25,966 bases of DNA from an uncultured Aquificales bacterium (GCA_964411615.1 CAYPLO010000021.1:1-25966); one strand, 5' to 3'; counted from the first letter of the stretch, positions 10,052 to 21,602 are shown. The notes: a model not told the origin generated them from the letters alone. A program made the numbers and translations.

Positions 10052-10704
10052 GGATGCTTGCTCTGGATACAACCACCCCTGTGATGGGCGTGGCCCTTCT
10101 TGAGGATGGCCATCTGGTGTCCCAAATATCGGTTAGGTCTCGCAAGTCCACCTCCTCAAGGCTCTTTCCCATTGTAGATGAGGCCCTATCCTTGGCGGGA
10201 TGGGATAAAGGAGATGTGGATGTGGTGGCCCTTGCCGTTGGCCCCGGCTCCTTCACCGGGGTCAGGGTGGGGGTGGCTGCGGTTAAGGGGATGGCCTACG
10301 CCCTTGGGGTTAAGGTGGTCTCTGTCTCCACCCTTGAGGCTATGGCCTATACTGTGCCCGTGGAGGGGAGGCTGCTCTTTCCCTTGCTGGATGCGAGAAG
10401 AGGACAGTTCTACGGCGCCATGTTCCGGTGGCTTAAAGGAAGTTGCGAGAGGCTCACAGAGGATATGCTTTTGAGTAGAGAAGATGTGGAAAGGATTGCC
10501 GGCTCTGTGCTGTTTGTGGGGGATGCGGCTTCAACCCTCGGTTATCCCTCTGTTCCCTGCCAGGGTATAGCCTGTGAGGTGGGCATGGTGGCCTTTGGGA
10601 AGGCTGTTAGGGGCGAGTTCACACCCCTTGGAGAACTCAGACCCGTTTATCTGAGGCCCTCCGATGCGGAGGAGTCAAAAGGAGTCGTTGTCTATAAAGC
10701 TTAG
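10048..10704 (+). CDS. tsaB: tRNA threonylcarbamoyladenosine biosynthesis protein TsaB
   Basis: [44 protein letters not shown]. Confidence 0.93.
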   Translation: MRMLALDTTTPVMGVALLEDGHLVSQISVRSRKSTSSRLFPIVDEALSLAGWDKGDVDVVALAVGPGSFTGVRVGVAAVKGMAYALGVKVVSVSTLEAMAYTVPVEGRLLFPLLDARRGQFYGAMFRWLKGSCERLTEDMLLSREDVERIAGSVLFVGDAASTLGYPSVPCQGIACEVGMVAFGKAVRGEFTPLGELRPVYLRPSDAEESKGVVVYKA

Positions 10705-11125
10705 AAGGGCTACCGTCTGGGATATACCCAGGATTGTGGGCATAGAGAGAAAGGTGTTTCCTAAACCTTGGGGCTGGGATGCCTTCCTTAGTGAGCTACT
10801 CAAGCCCTACTCAAGGGTTCTGGTGGCCCATGTTGAGGGGAAGCTGGTTGGGTACTGTGTGCTCTGGCTCTTTCCCCCTGAGGCCTACATAGCCAACATA
10901 GCCGTTGAGCCCAGCTATCAGGGGATGGGGGTGGGAACGGCTCTCATGGAGAAGGTGGAGGAGATATGCAGGGATGAGGGGATTAGCAGTATAACCCTTG
11001 AGGTGAGGGCCTCAAACAGGGTTGCACAATCCCTGTATAGGAAGTTCGGCTTTGAGGTGGTTGGTGTGAGAAGGGCCATGTATCACGATGGTGAGGATGG
11101 ACTGGTGATGGAAAAGTTGATATAG
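10664..11125 (+). CDS. rimI: Ribosomal protein S18 alanine N-acetyltransferase
   Basis: IE...[36 protein letters not shown]; follows tsaB. Start could be TTG 10688. Confidence 0.9.
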   Translation: MRRSQKESLSIKLRRATVWDIPRIVGIERKVFPKPWGWDAFLSELLKPYSRVLVAHVEGKLVGYCVLWLFPPEAYIANIAVEPSYQGMGVGTALMEKVEEICRDEGISSITLEVRASNRVAQSLYRKFGFEVVGVRRAMYHDGEDGLVMEKLI

Positions 11126-11142
11126 ACAAAGGTTAAACATCC

Positions 11143-11150
11143 AGGAGGTG
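11143..11150 (+). promoter_or_regulatory. Shine-Dalgarno sequence AGGAGGTG
   Basis: Lies 5 nt upstream of ATG 11156, in the largest intergenic gap of the + strand run. Confidence 0.7.
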
Positions 11151-11155
11151 GGGTG

Positions 11156-11386
11156 ATGACTGAGCAGGAGATTATAGAGAAGCTCATGGAGACCAATGAG
11201 GAGTTCAGGGAGCTCAAGCAGAAGCACGCCAAGCTTGAGGAGAGGCTGGAGGAGCTCCAGAAGAAGCTCTACCTCACCACGGAGGAAGAGCTGGAGGTGA
11301 AGTCCATAAAGAGGCAGAAACTGGAGCTCAAGGACAGGATGAACGAGATAATATCCAAGGTCAAAAAGGGCGAGATAGCCCTTTAG
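11156..11386 (+). CDS. DUF465 (YdcH-like) small coiled-coil protein
   Basis: EFREL..KH..LE and [12 protein letters not shown] pattern; strong SD. Confidence 0.8.
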   Translation: MTEQEIIEKLMETNEEFRELKQKHAKLEERLEELQKKLYLTTEEELEVKSIKRQKLELKDRMNEIISKVKKGEIAL

Positions 11387-11395
11387 GGGGATGCC

Positions 11396-13072
11396 ATGAG
11401 GAGCAGAGAGGTCAGGGAAGGGGTTGAGAGGGCTCCCCACAGGGCACTGCTTTACGCCACGGGAGTTCCCGTAAAGGCCATGAAGGAGATGCCCTTTGTG
11501 GGCATAGTGAGCAGTTTCACCGACCTGATACCCGGCCATGTGGGTATGAGGGACCTTGAGAGGTGGATAGAGAAGGGGATACACTCGGCAGGGGGGTACG
11601 CCTTCCTCTTCTCCGTTCCGGGCATATGCGACGGCGTGGCCATGGGCCATTCGGGGATGAAGTACTCCCTGCCCTCAAGGGAGCTGATTGCGGACATGAT
11701 AGAGTGTGTGGTGGAGGCCCACAAGCTTGACGGTCTGGTCTTTCTCACCAACTGCGACAAGATAACCCCCGGTATGCTCATGGCCGCTGCAAGGTTGAAC
11801 ATCCCCGCCGTTGTGGTTACTGCGGGCCCCATGCTCTCCGGCAGGCTGGGCAGGAAGAGACTCTCCTTGGTGAGGGACACCTTTGAGGCGGTGGGAAGGT
11901 TCAAGGCCGGGGAGATTACCGAGAGGGAGCTCCAGTGGTGTGAGCTTGAGGCCTGTCCCGGGCAGGGCTCCTGTCAGGGGCTCTATACCGCCAACACCAT
12001 GGCCTGTGTAACGGAGGCCATGGGCATGTCCCTTCCCGGATGCGCCACGGCGGTTGCGGGGCTCGCCAAGAAGAGGAGAATCGCCTTCGATTCGGGCTAC
12101 AGGGTTGTTCAGCTCATAAGGGAGGGGATAAGGCCGAGGGACATCATGACCAAGGAGGCCATTCACAACGCCATAAGGATAGATATGGCTCTGGGCGGCT
12201 CCACAAATGCCGTTCTTCACATAACGGCCATAGCCCACGAGGCGGGTGTGGACCTTGACCTGAAAGACTTCGACAGGATAGCCAGGGAGACCCCCCACAT
12301 CTCCAACCTCCGTCCAGGTGGAGACTATATGATGGAGGACCTTGATGCGGCAGGGGGGATTCCCGCCGTGTTTAAGCGTCTGAGGGATATGCTCAACGAC
12401 GTCCCCACCGTCTCCGGTAAAACCGTGTGGCAGATAGCCGATGAGGCGGTCATCATGGACGATGAGGTGATAAGGCCCTTGGATAATCCCTACCATCCTG
12501 AAGGCGGCATAGCCGTGCTCTTTGGGAACCTTGCACCTGAGGGGGCCGTCATAAAGCAGACGGCGGTGAGCGATAGGATGAAGAGGTTCACCGGCAGGGC
12601 CAGGGTCTTCAACTCCGAGGAGGAGGCCATGGAGGCCATCCTCGGTGATAAGATTAGACCCGGGGATGTGGTGGTGATAAGGTACGAGGGACCCAAGGGG
12701 GGACCGGGTATGAGGGAGATGCTTGCCCCCACCTCCGCCATAGTGGGTATGGGCCTTTCCGAGTCTGTTGCCCTCATAACCGACGGGAGATTCTCCGGGG
12801 GGACCAAGGGGCCCTGCATAGGCCATGTGTCTCCTGAGGCGGCTGAGGGTGGCCCCATCGCTCTTATTGAGGATGGGGACCAGATAGAGATAGATATACC
12901 GGGAAGGAGGCTTGAGGTTAAGCTGTCTGAGCAACAGCTGGCTGAAAGGCGCTCCAGGTGGAGTCCTCCTGAGCCGAAGGTTAAGAGGGGCTACCTTGCC
13001 AGATACGCCCGGTTTGTGACATCGGCATCCACAGGAGCCGTATACAAGGACCTGCTTGAGGGGGAGAGATGA
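11396..13072 (+). CDS. ilvD: Dihydroxy-acid dehydratase
   Basis: [84 protein letters not shown]. Confidence 0.97.
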   Translation: MRSREVREGVERAPHRALLYATGVPVKAMKEMPFVGIVSSFTDLIPGHVGMRDLERWIEKGIHSAGGYAFLFSVPGICDGVAMGHSGMKYSLPSRELIADMIECVVEAHKLDGLVFLTNCDKITPGMLMAAARLNIPAVVVTAGPMLSGRLGRKRLSLVRDTFEAVGRFKAGEITERELQWCELEACPGQGSCQGLYTANTMACVTEAMGMSLPGCATAVAGLAKKRRIAFDSGYRVVQLIREGIRPRDIMTKEAIHNAIRIDMALGGSTNAVLHITAIAHEAGVDLDLKDFDRIARETPHISNLRPGGDYMMEDLDAAGGIPAVFKRLRDMLNDVPTVSGKTVWQIADEAVIMDDEVIRPLDNPYHPEGGIAVLFGNLAPEGAVIKQTAVSDRMKRFTGRARVFNSEEEAMEAILGDKIRPGDVVVIRYEGPKGGPGMREMLAPTSAIVGMGLSESVALITDGRFSGGTKGPCIGHVSPEAAEGGPIALIEDGDQIEIDIPGRRLEVKLSEQQLAERRSRWSPPEPKVKRGYLARYARFVTSASTGAVYKDLLEGER

Positions 13073-14823
13073 GGCTGAAGGGTAGCGATATATTCTGGGA
13101 GACCTTGATAAGGGAAGGCGTCGATACCGTCTTCGGCCTGCCAGGTGGTGCCGTCATAAACATATACGATGCCTACCCCAAGTACAGGGACAAGGTGAGG
13201 CACATACTGGTGAGGCACGAGCAGGCGGCGGTCCATGCCGCCGATGGATACGCCAGGTCCACAGGTAAGGTGGGGGTGGTGCTGGTGACCTCAGGCCCCG
13301 GCGCCACCAACACTGTGACGGGTATAGCCACCGCCTACATGGACTCCTCCCCTGTTGTGGTCTTCACGGGGCAGGTTCCCACCACCCTCATAGGCAACGA
13401 CGCCTTCCAGGAGGCTGACATAGTTGGCATAACCAGGCCCTGCACCAAGTACAACTACCTGGTGAAGAGCACCGAGGACCTGCCCAGGGTGATAAAGGAG
13501 GCCATATACATAGCCTCCACAGGCAGACCGGGACCCATACTGGTGGACATGCCCAAGGATGTGATAGTGGGGGAGGCAGAGTTCGTCTATCCGGAGAAGG
13601 TCCACAGGCGCGGGTATAATCCCAACATAAAGGGGCATCCACTGCAGGTGGAGAAGGCGGTTAAGGCCATGGTCAGGGCCCGTCGCCCCCTCATATACGC
13701 CGGAGGCGGCATCAACTGGTCCGGAGCCTTTGAAGAGCTCAGAAGGCTTGCCGAGACCATTCATGCCCCTGTTACCCTCACCCTTATGGGCCTTGGAGCC
13801 TTCCCCGGTGACCATCCCCTCTTTGTGGGAATGCTGGGTATGCACGGGACCTACGCAGCCAACATGGCGGTTACCGAGTGTGACCTGCTCATAGCCATAG
13901 GTGCCCGCTTTGACGACAGGGTTACGGGGAAGGTGGAGGACTTCGCTCCCGATGCGGTGAAGATTCACATAGACATAGACCCCGCCTCCATAAGCAAGAA
14001 CGTGATTGTTGACATTCCCATTGTTGGCGATGCGAAGGTGGTTCTCAACCAGATTCTCGCGGCCCTTGAGAAGGTGGAGGTGGACTGGGAGGCCAAGCAC
14101 AGGGAGTGGCTTGAGAAGATAGAAGAATGGGAGAGGGAGCATCCCCTCACGTATCAGAGGAGCGACCAGGTGGTGAAGCCCCAGCAGGTGGTGGAGACCA
14201 TATACGAGCTCACCCAGGGGAAGGCCTATATCTGCACCGAGGTTGGGCAGCATCAGATGTGGGTGGCCCAGTTCTATAAGCACAGGTATCCCAGGCACTT
14301 CATAACCTCAGGTGGCCTTGGTACCATGGGCTTCGGCTTCCCCGCCGCCATAGGGGTGCAGGTGGCCCATCCCGATGCCCTTGTGATAGATATAGCGGGG
14401 GATGGTAGCTTCCAGATGAACATACAGGAGCTTGCCACGGTGGCCCAGTACAACCTGCCCGTGAAGGTGGTGATAATAAACAACGGGTATCTTGGCATGG
14501 TGAGGCAGTGGCAGCAGCTCTTCTTTGACAGGGTCTATTCGGAGACCGATATCTCTGTGCAGCCCGACTTTGTTAAGGTGGCTGAGGCCTACGGCATAAA
14601 GGGATACAGGATTGAGAAGCCTTCGGAGCTCAAAAAAGTTTTGAAGGAGGCCTTTGAGCATAAGGGACCTGTTGTTGTCGATGTGAGGGTGGACAGGGAG
14701 GAGAACGTCCTTCCCATGGTTCCGGCAGGTGCATCCGTCAGCCAGATGATACTGAAGGAGCCCGAAACCCCCGTTAACGGGGAGACCCTCAAGAGGATGA
14801 GGCCCATAAACTTCCCATCTTAG
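13069..14823 (+). CDS. ilvB: Acetolactate synthase large subunit, biosynthetic type
   Basis: [64 protein letters not shown], ThDP motif GDGSFQMN...NN. Confidence 0.97.
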   Translation: MRLKGSDIFWETLIREGVDTVFGLPGGAVINIYDAYPKYRDKVRHILVRHEQAAVHAADGYARSTGKVGVVLVTSGPGATNTVTGIATAYMDSSPVVVFTGQVPTTLIGNDAFQEADIVGITRPCTKYNYLVKSTEDLPRVIKEAIYIASTGRPGPILVDMPKDVIVGEAEFVYPEKVHRRGYNPNIKGHPLQVEKAVKAMVRARRPLIYAGGGINWSGAFEELRRLAETIHAPVTLTLMGLGAFPGDHPLFVGMLGMHGTYAANMAVTECDLLIAIGARFDDRVTGKVEDFAPDAVKIHIDIDPASISKNVIVDIPIVGDAKVVLNQILAALEKVEVDWEAKHREWLEKIEEWEREHPLTYQRSDQVVKPQQVVETIYELTQGKAYICTEVGQHQMWVAQFYKHRYPRHFITSGGLGTMGFGFPAAIGVQVAHPDALVIDIAGDGSFQMNIQELATVAQYNLPVKVVIINNGYLGMVRQWQQLFFDRVYSETDISVQPDFVKVAEAYGIKGYRIEKPSELKKVLKEAFEHKGPVVVDVRVDREENVLPMVPAGASVSQMILKEPETPVNGETLKRMRPINFPS

Positions 14824-14836
14824 CTTGGAGGATGCC

Positions 14837-15346
14837 ATGGAGAAGCAGAAACACACAATAGCCCTTCTGGTGGAGAATCAGCCGGGGGTTCTTGCCAGGG
14901 TGGCCTCCCTGTTCAGCGCCAAGGGGTACAACATACTCTCCATATCCGTAGGTGAGACCATAGACCCTGAGATATCCCGTATAACCCTTGTTACCGAGGG
15001 CCACCCCTTCATCATTGAGCAGATAGTTAAGCAGCTGAGGAAGATAATCGACGTGATAAAGGTGCTGGATTTGACCGCCAGCGGGGAGGACTACGTTGAG
15101 AGGGAGATGGTGCTGGTGAAGGTGAGTGCCAGGGGGGAGGCCAGGGCCGAGGCCATGAGGATAGCCCAGATATTCAGGGGCAACATAGTTGATGTGAGTC
15201 CCGAAACCTTCACCATAGAGTTCACGGGAAACGAGGGCAAGATAAACGCCGCCCTATCCCTTCTGAAGGAGTGTGGCATAAGGGAGGTTATAAGAACGGG
15301 GAAGGTGGCGGTGCTCAGGGGACCCAAGAGTCTGAAAATAAGCTGA
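14837..15346 (+). CDS. ilvN: Acetolactate synthase small (regulatory) subunit
   Basis: ACT domain [14 protein letters not shown]...[27 protein letters not shown] 14837 is preceded by GGAGG. Confidence 0.95.
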   Translation: MEKQKHTIALLVENQPGVLARVASLFSAKGYNILSISVGETIDPEISRITLVTEGHPFIIEQIVKQLRKIIDVIKVLDLTASGEDYVEREMVLVKVSARGEARAEAMRIAQIFRGNIVDVSPETFTIEFTGNEGKINAALSLLKECGIREVIRTGKVAVLRGPKSLKIS

Positions 15347-15358
15347 GGAGGGTGAGAG

Positions 15359-16357
15359 ATGGCCAAGGTTTACACAGATTCTGATGCCAGTTTGGAGCCT
15401 CTCAAGGGCAAGAGGATAGCCGTAATAGGCTACGGTAGTCAGGGGCATGCCCATGCCCTTAACCTTAAGGACTCGGGCCTTGATGTTGTGGTGGGCCTGA
15501 AGAAGGGTGGAAAGTCCTGGGACAGGGCAAAGGCCGATGGGCTTGAGGTGATGGAGGTGGCCGAGGCCGCCAAGGCCGCCCAGGTGGTTATGATACTCAT
15601 TCCCGACACCGTTCAACCCGAGGTGTATAAAGATGAGATAGCCCCTTACCTTGAGGAGGGGGATGCCCTTGCCTTTGCCCACGGCTTCAACATCCACTTC
15701 GGACAGATAGTCCCCCCTGAGTATGTGGATGTGTTCATGGTGGCCCCCAAGGGTCCGGGTTTTCTGGTGAGGCGTATGTTCGTTGAGGGGAAGGGGGTTC
15801 CCTGTCTTGCCGCTGTGGCTCAGGACTACACAGGGAAGGCCTTTGATATAGCCCTCGCCTATGCCAAGGGGATAGGCGGAACCAGGGCCGGTGTCATAGA
15901 GACCACCTTTAAGGAGGAGACGGAGACGGACCTCTTCGGCGAGCAGGTGATACTCTGCGGCGGTGTAACCTCCCTCATAAAGGCGGCCTTTGAGACCCTT
16001 GTTGAGGCGGGATACCAGCCTGAGGTGGCCTACTTTGAGTGTCTACATGAACTGAAGCTCATCGTTGACCTCATATACGAGCAGGGCATAAGTGGTATGA
16101 GGAGGTGGGTGAGCGACACCGCCAAGTACGGCGACATCACGAGAGGCCCCAGGGTTATAGACTCCCACGTGCGGGAGACCCTGTGGGAGATACTGGAGGA
16201 GATACAGAGCGGCGAGTTTGCCAGGGAGTGGATACTGGAGAACATGGTGGGAAGGCCCGTGTTCAACGCCCTTCTGAAGAAGGACCAGGAGCACCTCATT
16301 GAGGAGGTTGGTAAGCGCCTGAGGGCCATGATGCCCTGGCTGAAGAAGGATGAGTAG
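15359..16357 (+). CDS. ilvC: Ketol-acid reductoisomerase (class I)
   Basis: [61 protein letters not shown]. Confidence 0.97.
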   Translation: MAKVYTDSDASLEPLKGKRIAVIGYGSQGHAHALNLKDSGLDVVVGLKKGGKSWDRAKADGLEVMEVAEAAKAAQVVMILIPDTVQPEVYKDEIAPYLEEGDALAFAHGFNIHFGQIVPPEYVDVFMVAPKGPGFLVRRMFVEGKGVPCLAAVAQDYTGKAFDIALAYAKGIGGTRAGVIETTFKEETETDLFGEQVILCGGVTSLIKAAFETLVEAGYQPEVAYFECLHELKLIVDLIYEQGISGMRRWVSDTAKYGDITRGPRVIDSHVRETLWEILEEIQSGEFAREWILENMVGRPVFNALLKKDQEHLIEEVGKRLRAMMPWLKKDE

Positions 16358-16958
16358 GTACAGACCTGAAGGAAGGCCCTTTATCTGGGGGAGTCTGCTT
16401 CTGGGGGTGGTGTCAGGGTGGATGGGTCTTTACTTTCTCACCACCCTCTTCTTCTCCCTCTCCCTCTTCTTTGTTGGGTTCTTCAGAGACCCTGATAGGG
16501 ATGTGGTCTTCTCCCCGGAGTTTGTTCTTTCCCCCGCCGATGGACGGGTTATGGAGGTGGAGGAGACCCCCGATGGATTGAAGGTCTCCATCTTCATGTC
16601 CGTCTTTGACTGTCATGTGAACAGGTCCCCACATACGGGGGTTGTTGAGAGGATATGGAGGGAGGGAAAGGGCTTTAGGGCCGCCTTCCTCGGCTCTGCC
16701 GATACCAATGTGAAGAACGTTATACTTCTGAGGACCGTGCATGGAACCATGAAGATTGAGCAGATAACGGGGCTTATTGCCAGGAGGATTTTGTGCTGGG
16801 TGAGGGAGGGGGAGAGGGTAGAGGCGGGCCAGCGCATAGGGATGATAACCTTCGGTTCCAGGGTGAACCTTCACCTTCCTGGTAGATGGGAGCTGTTCGT
16901 TTCAAAGGGGACGAAGGTCAGGGCAGGTGAGTCCGTAATAGGGAGGAGGGTCTCTTGA
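16350..16958 (+). CDS. psd: Phosphatidylserine decarboxylase proenzyme (short type)
   Basis: N-terminal membrane segment, [33 protein letters not shown] self-cleavage site; upstream of pssA. Confidence 0.9.
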   Translation: MSRYRPEGRPFIWGSLLLGVVSGWMGLYFLTTLFFSLSLFFVGFFRDPDRDVVFSPEFVLSPADGRVMEVEETPDGLKVSIFMSVFDCHVNRSPHTGVVERIWREGKGFRAAFLGSADTNVKNVILLRTVHGTMKIEQITGLIARRILCWVREGERVEAGQRIGMITFGSRVNLHLPGRWELFVSKGTKVRAGESVIGRRVS

Positions 16959-17671
16959 GGCTGTATCTGCTACCCAACCTTCTGACCACGGGAAACCTGT
17001 TCTTTGGGTTTTACTCCATTGTGTCAACCATAAGGGGGGATTTTGAACGGGCCGCCTGGGCTGTCTTTTTATCCATGCTCATGGATATACTGGACGGCAG
17101 GGTGGCCAGGATAACCAGAACCACAAGCGACTTCGGTCTGAACTACGATTCCCTGGCGGACCTGGTCTCCTTTGGGGTGGCTCCTGCCCTTCTCGTGTAC
17201 AGGTGGACCCTGTTGCCCTTTGGAAGGGTGGGCTGGCTTCTGGCCTTTCTCTTCATAGCCTGCGGTGCCCTGAGGCTTGCCCGTTTCAACGTAACCGTCA
17301 CTACCCAGAAGGGAGGCGACTTCACGGGGCTTCCAATACCCGCCGCTGCCGGGCTTATGGCCTCCTTCTATCTACTCGTTTCGGATAAGCTCTCCTTTCT
17401 CCCCGTTCGTATTGTGGCGCTGGTTGCCGGGCTTCTCATGCTGACGGCTTCTCTGCTTATGGTGAGCAGGTTCAGGTATGTGGCCATGAAGGGGGGGCTC
17501 TCCCGCAGGGCCTCCTTCGCCATGGTTCTGGGCTCCGTTCTTCTTCTATTCGTAGTGGCCTCTGACCCTCATCTCTTCCTCTTCTTAGGATTCTTCGGGT
17601 ACTACCTATCGGGGCCCGTGCTCTCCATCAGAAGGGGGGAGGCCGTGATTACCGGGGAGACGGAGGCCTGA
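16955..17671 (+). CDS. pssA: CDP-diacylglycerol--serine O-phosphatidyltransferase
   Basis: LPNLLT.GNL, CDP-alcohol phosphotransferase motif D.LDG.VAR...S.FG...[31 protein letters not shown] start. Confidence 0.93.
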   Translation: MRLYLLPNLLTTGNLFFGFYSIVSTIRGDFERAAWAVFLSMLMDILDGRVARITRTTSDFGLNYDSLADLVSFGVAPALLVYRWTLLPFGRVGWLLAFLFIACGALRLARFNVTVTTQKGGDFTGLPIPAAAGLMASFYLLVSDKLSFLPVRIVALVAGLLMLTASLLMVSRFRYVAMKGGLSRRASFAMVLGSVLLLFVVASDPHLFLFLGFFGYYLSGPVLSIRRGEAVITGETEA

Positions 17672-18760
17672 ATGGGCTTTAAATGCGGTATAGTGGGGCT
17701 TCCCAATGTGGGAAAGTCCACCATATTCAACGCCCTCACCAGGTCCTCCGTGCCTGCTGAGAACTACCCCTTCTGCACCATAGACCCCAACGTGGGCGTT
17801 GTTGAGGTTCCCGATGGCAGGATTTACAGGGTTCAGGAGGTGGTAGGCTCTAAGGAGGTGGTGCCTGCCGTTATAGAGTTTGTGGATATAGCCGGTCTTG
17901 TCCGTGGAGCCAGCAGAGGGGAGGGGCTTGGCAATCAGTTCCTTTCCCACATAAGGGGTATGGACGCCATAGCCCACGTGGTGAGGTGTTTTGAGGACCC
18001 CAATGTGAGCCACGTGGAGGGTAGCGTTGACCCTGTTAGGGATGCTGAGATAGTGGAGCTTGAGCTTATGCTCGCAGACCTGGAGGTTGCCCAGAGGAAC
18101 CTGAAGAGGCTTGAGAAGGTTGTGAAGTCCGGGGACAGGTCCAGGAAGCTTGAGCTTGAATCCCTCGAGAAGGCGGTCTCTGCCCTTGAGAGGGAGACTC
18201 CCTTAAGGGAGGTTGAGTGGAGCGGGGATGAGCTTGATGCCATAAAGCACTACCAGTTCCTCACCCTTAAGCCTGTGCTTTACGTGGCGAATGTGGATGA
18301 GGATGGCCTTGAGGGTCCCCATGTGGATGCCCTTAAAAAGTACGCCTCCGAGAGAGGAGCCGGTTTTGTGGTCATATGCGGGAAGCTGGAGGGGGAGCTT
18401 GCCGACCTCTCTCCCGAGGAGAGGAGGGAGTTCCTTAAAGAGTATGGCATTGGGGAGTCTGGCCTTGAGCGCCTGGCTAAGGAAGGCTACAGAATCCTCA
18501 ACCTCATCACCTTCTTCACCGCCAACGAGAAGGAGGCCAGGGCCTGGGCTGCCAAGGATGGGATAACCGCCTATGAGGCTGCGGGTATGGTCCACACGGA
18601 TATGCAGAAGGGGTTCATAAAGGCGGAGGTTGTGCCCTACAGCCTCCTTGAGAACTGCTCTTCCCTTTCTGAGGCTAAGGAGAAGGGGTTTGTGAGGGCT
18701 GAGGGGAAGGACTACAGGGTTCAGGATGGAGACCTCATATACATCAGGTTCAGGGCTTAG
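17672..18760 (+). CDS. ychF: Ribosome-binding ATPase YchF
   Basis: [61 protein letters not shown]. Confidence 0.97.
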   Translation: MGFKCGIVGLPNVGKSTIFNALTRSSVPAENYPFCTIDPNVGVVEVPDGRIYRVQEVVGSKEVVPAVIEFVDIAGLVRGASRGEGLGNQFLSHIRGMDAIAHVVRCFEDPNVSHVEGSVDPVRDAEIVELELMLADLEVAQRNLKRLEKVVKSGDRSRKLELESLEKAVSALERETPLREVEWSGDELDAIKHYQFLTLKPVLYVANVDEDGLEGPHVDALKKYASERGAGFVVICGKLEGELADLSPEERREFLKEYGIGESGLERLAKEGYRILNLITFFTANEKEARAWAAKDGITAYEAAGMVHTDMQKGFIKAEVVPYSLLENCSSLSEAKEKGFVRAEGKDYRVQDGDLIYIRFRA

Positions 18761-18765
18761 GAGGG
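18759..18765 (+). promoter_or_regulatory. Shine-Dalgarno sequence AGGAGGG for the spt-like gene, overlapping the ychF stop
   Basis: tagGAGGGttaagGTG; the GTG is at 18771. Confidence 0.7.
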
Positions 18766-18770
18766 TTAAG

Positions 18771-19955
18771 GTGAAGGACCTTTTTGAAAAGTGCAGGAAT
18801 TTCAGGGAGCCGGATAGGGTCAGGTCTCTGGGCATATACCCCTACTTCAGGCCCATATCCACCCAGCAGGGGCCTGTGGTGAGGATAGGTGACAGGGAGC
18901 TTATCATGCTGGGCTCCAACAGTTACCTTGGCCTTACCGAGGACCCCAGGGTGAAGGAGGCTGCCAAGAGGGCCATAGACAGGTACGGAACGGGATGTGC
19001 AGGCTCCCGGTTCCTCAACGGCACCCTTGATCTGCACCTGCAGCTGGAGGAGGAGCTGGCCCAGTTCTTAGGGAAGGAGGCTGTGCTCCTTTACAGCACA
19101 GGTTTTCAGACAAATCTCGGAATCATCTCCACCTTGGTGGACAGGGGGGATTACGTAATCATAGACAAGTCGGACCATGCCAGTATCGTTGAGGGGTGCA
19201 GGCTCTCCTACGGTGAAGTTAAGCGATTCAGGCACAACGACGTTTCCCATCTGGAGAAGGTCCTCTCAAGGTGTGAGGAGTCTGCGGGGAAGCTTGTGGT
19301 TGTTGACGGTGTCTACAGCATGGAGGGGGATATAGCCCCTGTTCCGGAGATAGTTGAGCTCTGCGAGAGGTACGGCGCCAGGTTCATGATAGACGACGCC
19401 CACGGCCTTGGTGTGCTCGGTGAAACGGGTGCCGGAACGGCGGAGCACTTTGGCCTTACCGATAGGGTGGACATAATCATGGGAACCTTCAGCAAATCCC
19501 TGGCTTCTCTCGGGGGATTTGTGGCATCCTCCAAGGATGTTATAGAGTATCTGAAACACAAGTCCAGGCCCCTCATATTCAGCGCCAGCATCTCTCCTCC
19601 CAATGCGGCGGCGGCCCTTGAGGCCCTCAGGATACTGAAAAGCGAGCCCGAGAGGAGACAGAGGCTGTGGGAGAACACTAAGAGGCTGCAGAAGGGGCTG
19701 AGGGAGCTGGGCTTTGATATAGGCAACACCCAGACCCCTGTTATACCCGTTTACATAGGGGACGACCTCAAGACCTTCCAGATATGCAGGGCCCTGCACG
19801 ACGAGGGGGTCTTTGTGAATCCCGTTGTGCCTCCGGGGGTCCCCCCTGGAAAGTCCCTCCTCAGACTCAGCGTTATGGCCACCCATGAGCCCCACCATAT
19901 AGATACCGCCCTTGAAAAACTTGAGAAGGTTGGAAGGGCCTTTGGAGTGATATGA
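18771..19955 (+). CDS. spt: PLP-dependent alpha-oxoamine synthase, serine palmitoyltransferase-like (394 aa)
   Basis: [69 protein letters not shown] (PLP Lys), [15 protein letters not shown]. These match Bacteroidota-type SPT as I recall it, rather than BioF or KBL. GTG 18771 has an SD and is preferred to 18726. Confidence 0.82.
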   Translation: MKDLFEKCRNFREPDRVRSLGIYPYFRPISTQQGPVVRIGDRELIMLGSNSYLGLTEDPRVKEAAKRAIDRYGTGCAGSRFLNGTLDLHLQLEEELAQFLGKEAVLLYSTGFQTNLGIISTLVDRGDYVIIDKSDHASIVEGCRLSYGEVKRFRHNDVSHLEKVLSRCEESAGKLVVVDGVYSMEGDIAPVPEIVELCERYGARFMIDDAHGLGVLGETGAGTAEHFGLTDRVDIIMGTFSKSLASLGGFVASSKDVIEYLKHKSRPLIFSASISPPNAAAALEALRILKSEPERRQRLWENTKRLQKGLRELGFDIGNTQTPVIPVYIGDDLKTFQICRALHDEGVFVNPVVPPGVPPGKSLLRLSVMATHEPHHIDTALEKLEKVGRAFGVI

Positions 19956-21076
19956 GGATTGTTGAGGTCTCAAACAAAAGGGAGCTTGTTGAGTTCATAA
20001 GGGTCCCCTGGCGTATATACAGGGGAGATGAGAACTGGGTTCCCCCCATTGTGGCCGATATGATGACAACCCTCAACAGGGAGAAGAACCCCTTCTTCCA
20101 GCATGCAGATGCCGCCTACTTCTACGCCGTTGACGACGCCGGCAGGCCACTGGGTAGAATCGCCGCCATATACGACAGGCTACACTTCAGGTTCCGCCAG
20201 GAGAATGTGGGGTACTTCGGGTACTTTGAGTCTGTTGAGGATGAGGAGGTGGCCGGTGCCCTTCTAAAAAGGGCAGAGGAGTGGCTCCTTTCAAGGGGGG
20301 CCGTCTATATGAGGGGGCCGATAAATTTAAGTATGAACAACGAATGCGGGCTTTTGATAGAGGGCTTTGATGACCCTCCCCTCTTCATGATGCCCTACAA
20401 CAAGCCCTACTACTCGGGGCTTATTGAGTCTGAAGGCTTTTCAAAGGTCAAGGACCTGCTGGCCTACTGGAGCGACCTCTACTACGACCGGTCCCATGAG
20501 GAGCTCAACAGGTACGTGGGGGTGGTCTCAAGAAGGCTTAAAGGGTTCAGGGTGAGAAACGCAGACCTCAGGAAGTTTGACAGGGAGCTTGAGAGGTTCA
20601 AGGAGATATACAACAGCGCCTGGGAGGACAACTGGGGCTTCGTTCCTCTCACCGATGAGGAGATAGACTTCATGGCCAGGAGGATGAAGCCACTGGTTGT
20701 GAAGGAGCTTGTGGTGTTTGCAGAGACGGAGGATGGAACCCCTGTCGGTGTCGCACTGGCCCTTCCAGATTACAACTTCGTCTTCAAGAGGATGAAGGGG
20801 AGCCTTTTCCCCTTCGGCATAATCAAATTCTTCATCTACAGGGGCCAGATACCCAGAATCAGGCTCATGGTCCTTGGGGTGAAGAGGGAGTTCAGGCTCA
20901 GAGGGGTTGAGTACCTCATGCTGGGCAGGATGTACAGATACGTGCTTAAGAAGGGCTACACCGGTGTTGAGTTCTCCTGGATACTTGAGGATAACGAGCC
21001 CATAAAGGCCATAATAGAGAGATTCGGCGGTAAGGTATACAAGAGATACCGGATATATGAGAAGAAGATACGGTAG
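19952..21076 (+). CDS. Tandem GNAT-fold N-acyltransferase, bacterial ceramide synthase (bCerS)/YghO-like family
   Basis: FI..PW.IY..D.NWVPP, GRIAA, G.FGYFES, RGP.N...N.ECGLL.EGFD.PP..MMPYN.PYY, YN.AW.DNWGFVP, E.SWILEDN, YK.YRIYEK; ATGA overlap with the spt-like gene. Confidence 0.75.
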   Translation: MRIVEVSNKRELVEFIRVPWRIYRGDENWVPPIVADMMTTLNREKNPFFQHADAAYFYAVDDAGRPLGRIAAIYDRLHFRFRQENVGYFGYFESVEDEEVAGALLKRAEEWLLSRGAVYMRGPINLSMNNECGLLIEGFDDPPLFMMPYNKPYYSGLIESEGFSKVKDLLAYWSDLYYDRSHEELNRYVGVVSRRLKGFRVRNADLRKFDRELERFKEIYNSAWEDNWGFVPLTDEEIDFMARRMKPLVVKELVVFAETEDGTPVGVALALPDYNFVFKRMKGSLFPFGIIKFFIYRGQIPRIRLMVLGVKREFRLRGVEYLMLGRMYRYVLKKGYTGVEFSWILEDNEPIKAIIERFGGKVYKRYRIYEKKIR

Positions 21077-21590
21077 ATGTTCCTACGAGGAGCGCCGTTC
21101 CCCTAAGGTTAGCTGGTTCATAATCTTCTTCCTGATGATAGCCATCTTCTTCTTCAACTACTTCGGAAAGAAGCTCGGCTCATCCCGGTATCCCAAGGTC
21201 CCTCCTGGGGTGGTTCTTCTCACACCTGAGGGGGAGCCCTTTGAGTTCTCCCCGGTGGAGGGAAGGTTCACCGTGCTTCTCTTTGTGACCACGGGATGTG
21301 AGCCCTGCCGAAAGGAGATGGAGGAGGTTGCCCGTCTGGACTGGAAGTGGGTGGACAGGGTTGTGGTCTATCTGGATAAGAAGGCCCCCTCTATCTCTCT
21401 TGGTGGGGTGAAGGTCTATGGAACCCATCCCAAGGAGATAACCAGGGTGGTGGAGCTCATGGGGGTTGATAGGGTCCCCACCACCTTCATCATAGACGAT
21501 AGGGGCCTTGTAAGGAGAAAGATTGAAGGATACATAGACCTGGAGGACCTTGAGGCCTATCTTAAGGCCATAAGGCGTTACCGAATATGA
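21057..21590 (+). CDS. Membrane-anchored TlpA/ResA-like thiol-disulfide oxidoreductase
   Basis: N-terminal TM helix (WFIIFFLMIAIFFFNYF), CxxC motif GCEPC, cis-Pro loop VPTTFIIDD.G. Start uncertain. Confidence 0.8.
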   Translation: MRRRYGRCSYEERRSPKVSWFIIFFLMIAIFFFNYFGKKLGSSRYPKVPPGVVLLTPEGEPFEFSPVEGRFTVLLFVTTGCEPCRKEMEEVARLDWKWVDRVVVYLDKKAPSISLGGVKVYGTHPKEITRVVELMGVDRVPTTFIIDDRGLVRRKIEGYIDLEDLEAYLKAIRRYRI

Positions 21591-21602
21591 CGGAGGGTGG
21601 TA

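Noticed and set aside
11675..12934. 419-aa antisense ORF opposite ilvD
   Set aside because: Shadow ORF in codon register with a highly conserved gene; H/P/L/G-rich with no motifs; explained by codon bias on the sense strand.
13291..14298. 335-aa antisense ORF opposite ilvB, and the many other - strand ORFs under the + strand genes
   Set aside because: Fully overlapped by well-supported genes; no recognisable domains.
11389..14839. Identical 10-mer GGATGCCATG at the ilvD (11389) and ilvN (14830) starts
   Set aside because: Includes the SD end and ATG, so only about 5 nt are informative, and it is absent from ilvB and ilvC; likely chance.
18771..19955. Annotation as BioF (8-amino-7-oxononanoate synthase) or KBL
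   Set aside because: [14 protein letters not shown] and the N-terminal YPYFR favour SPT; no bio or tdh genes are adjacent; the partner is bCerS-like. Not fully excluded without a phylogeny.
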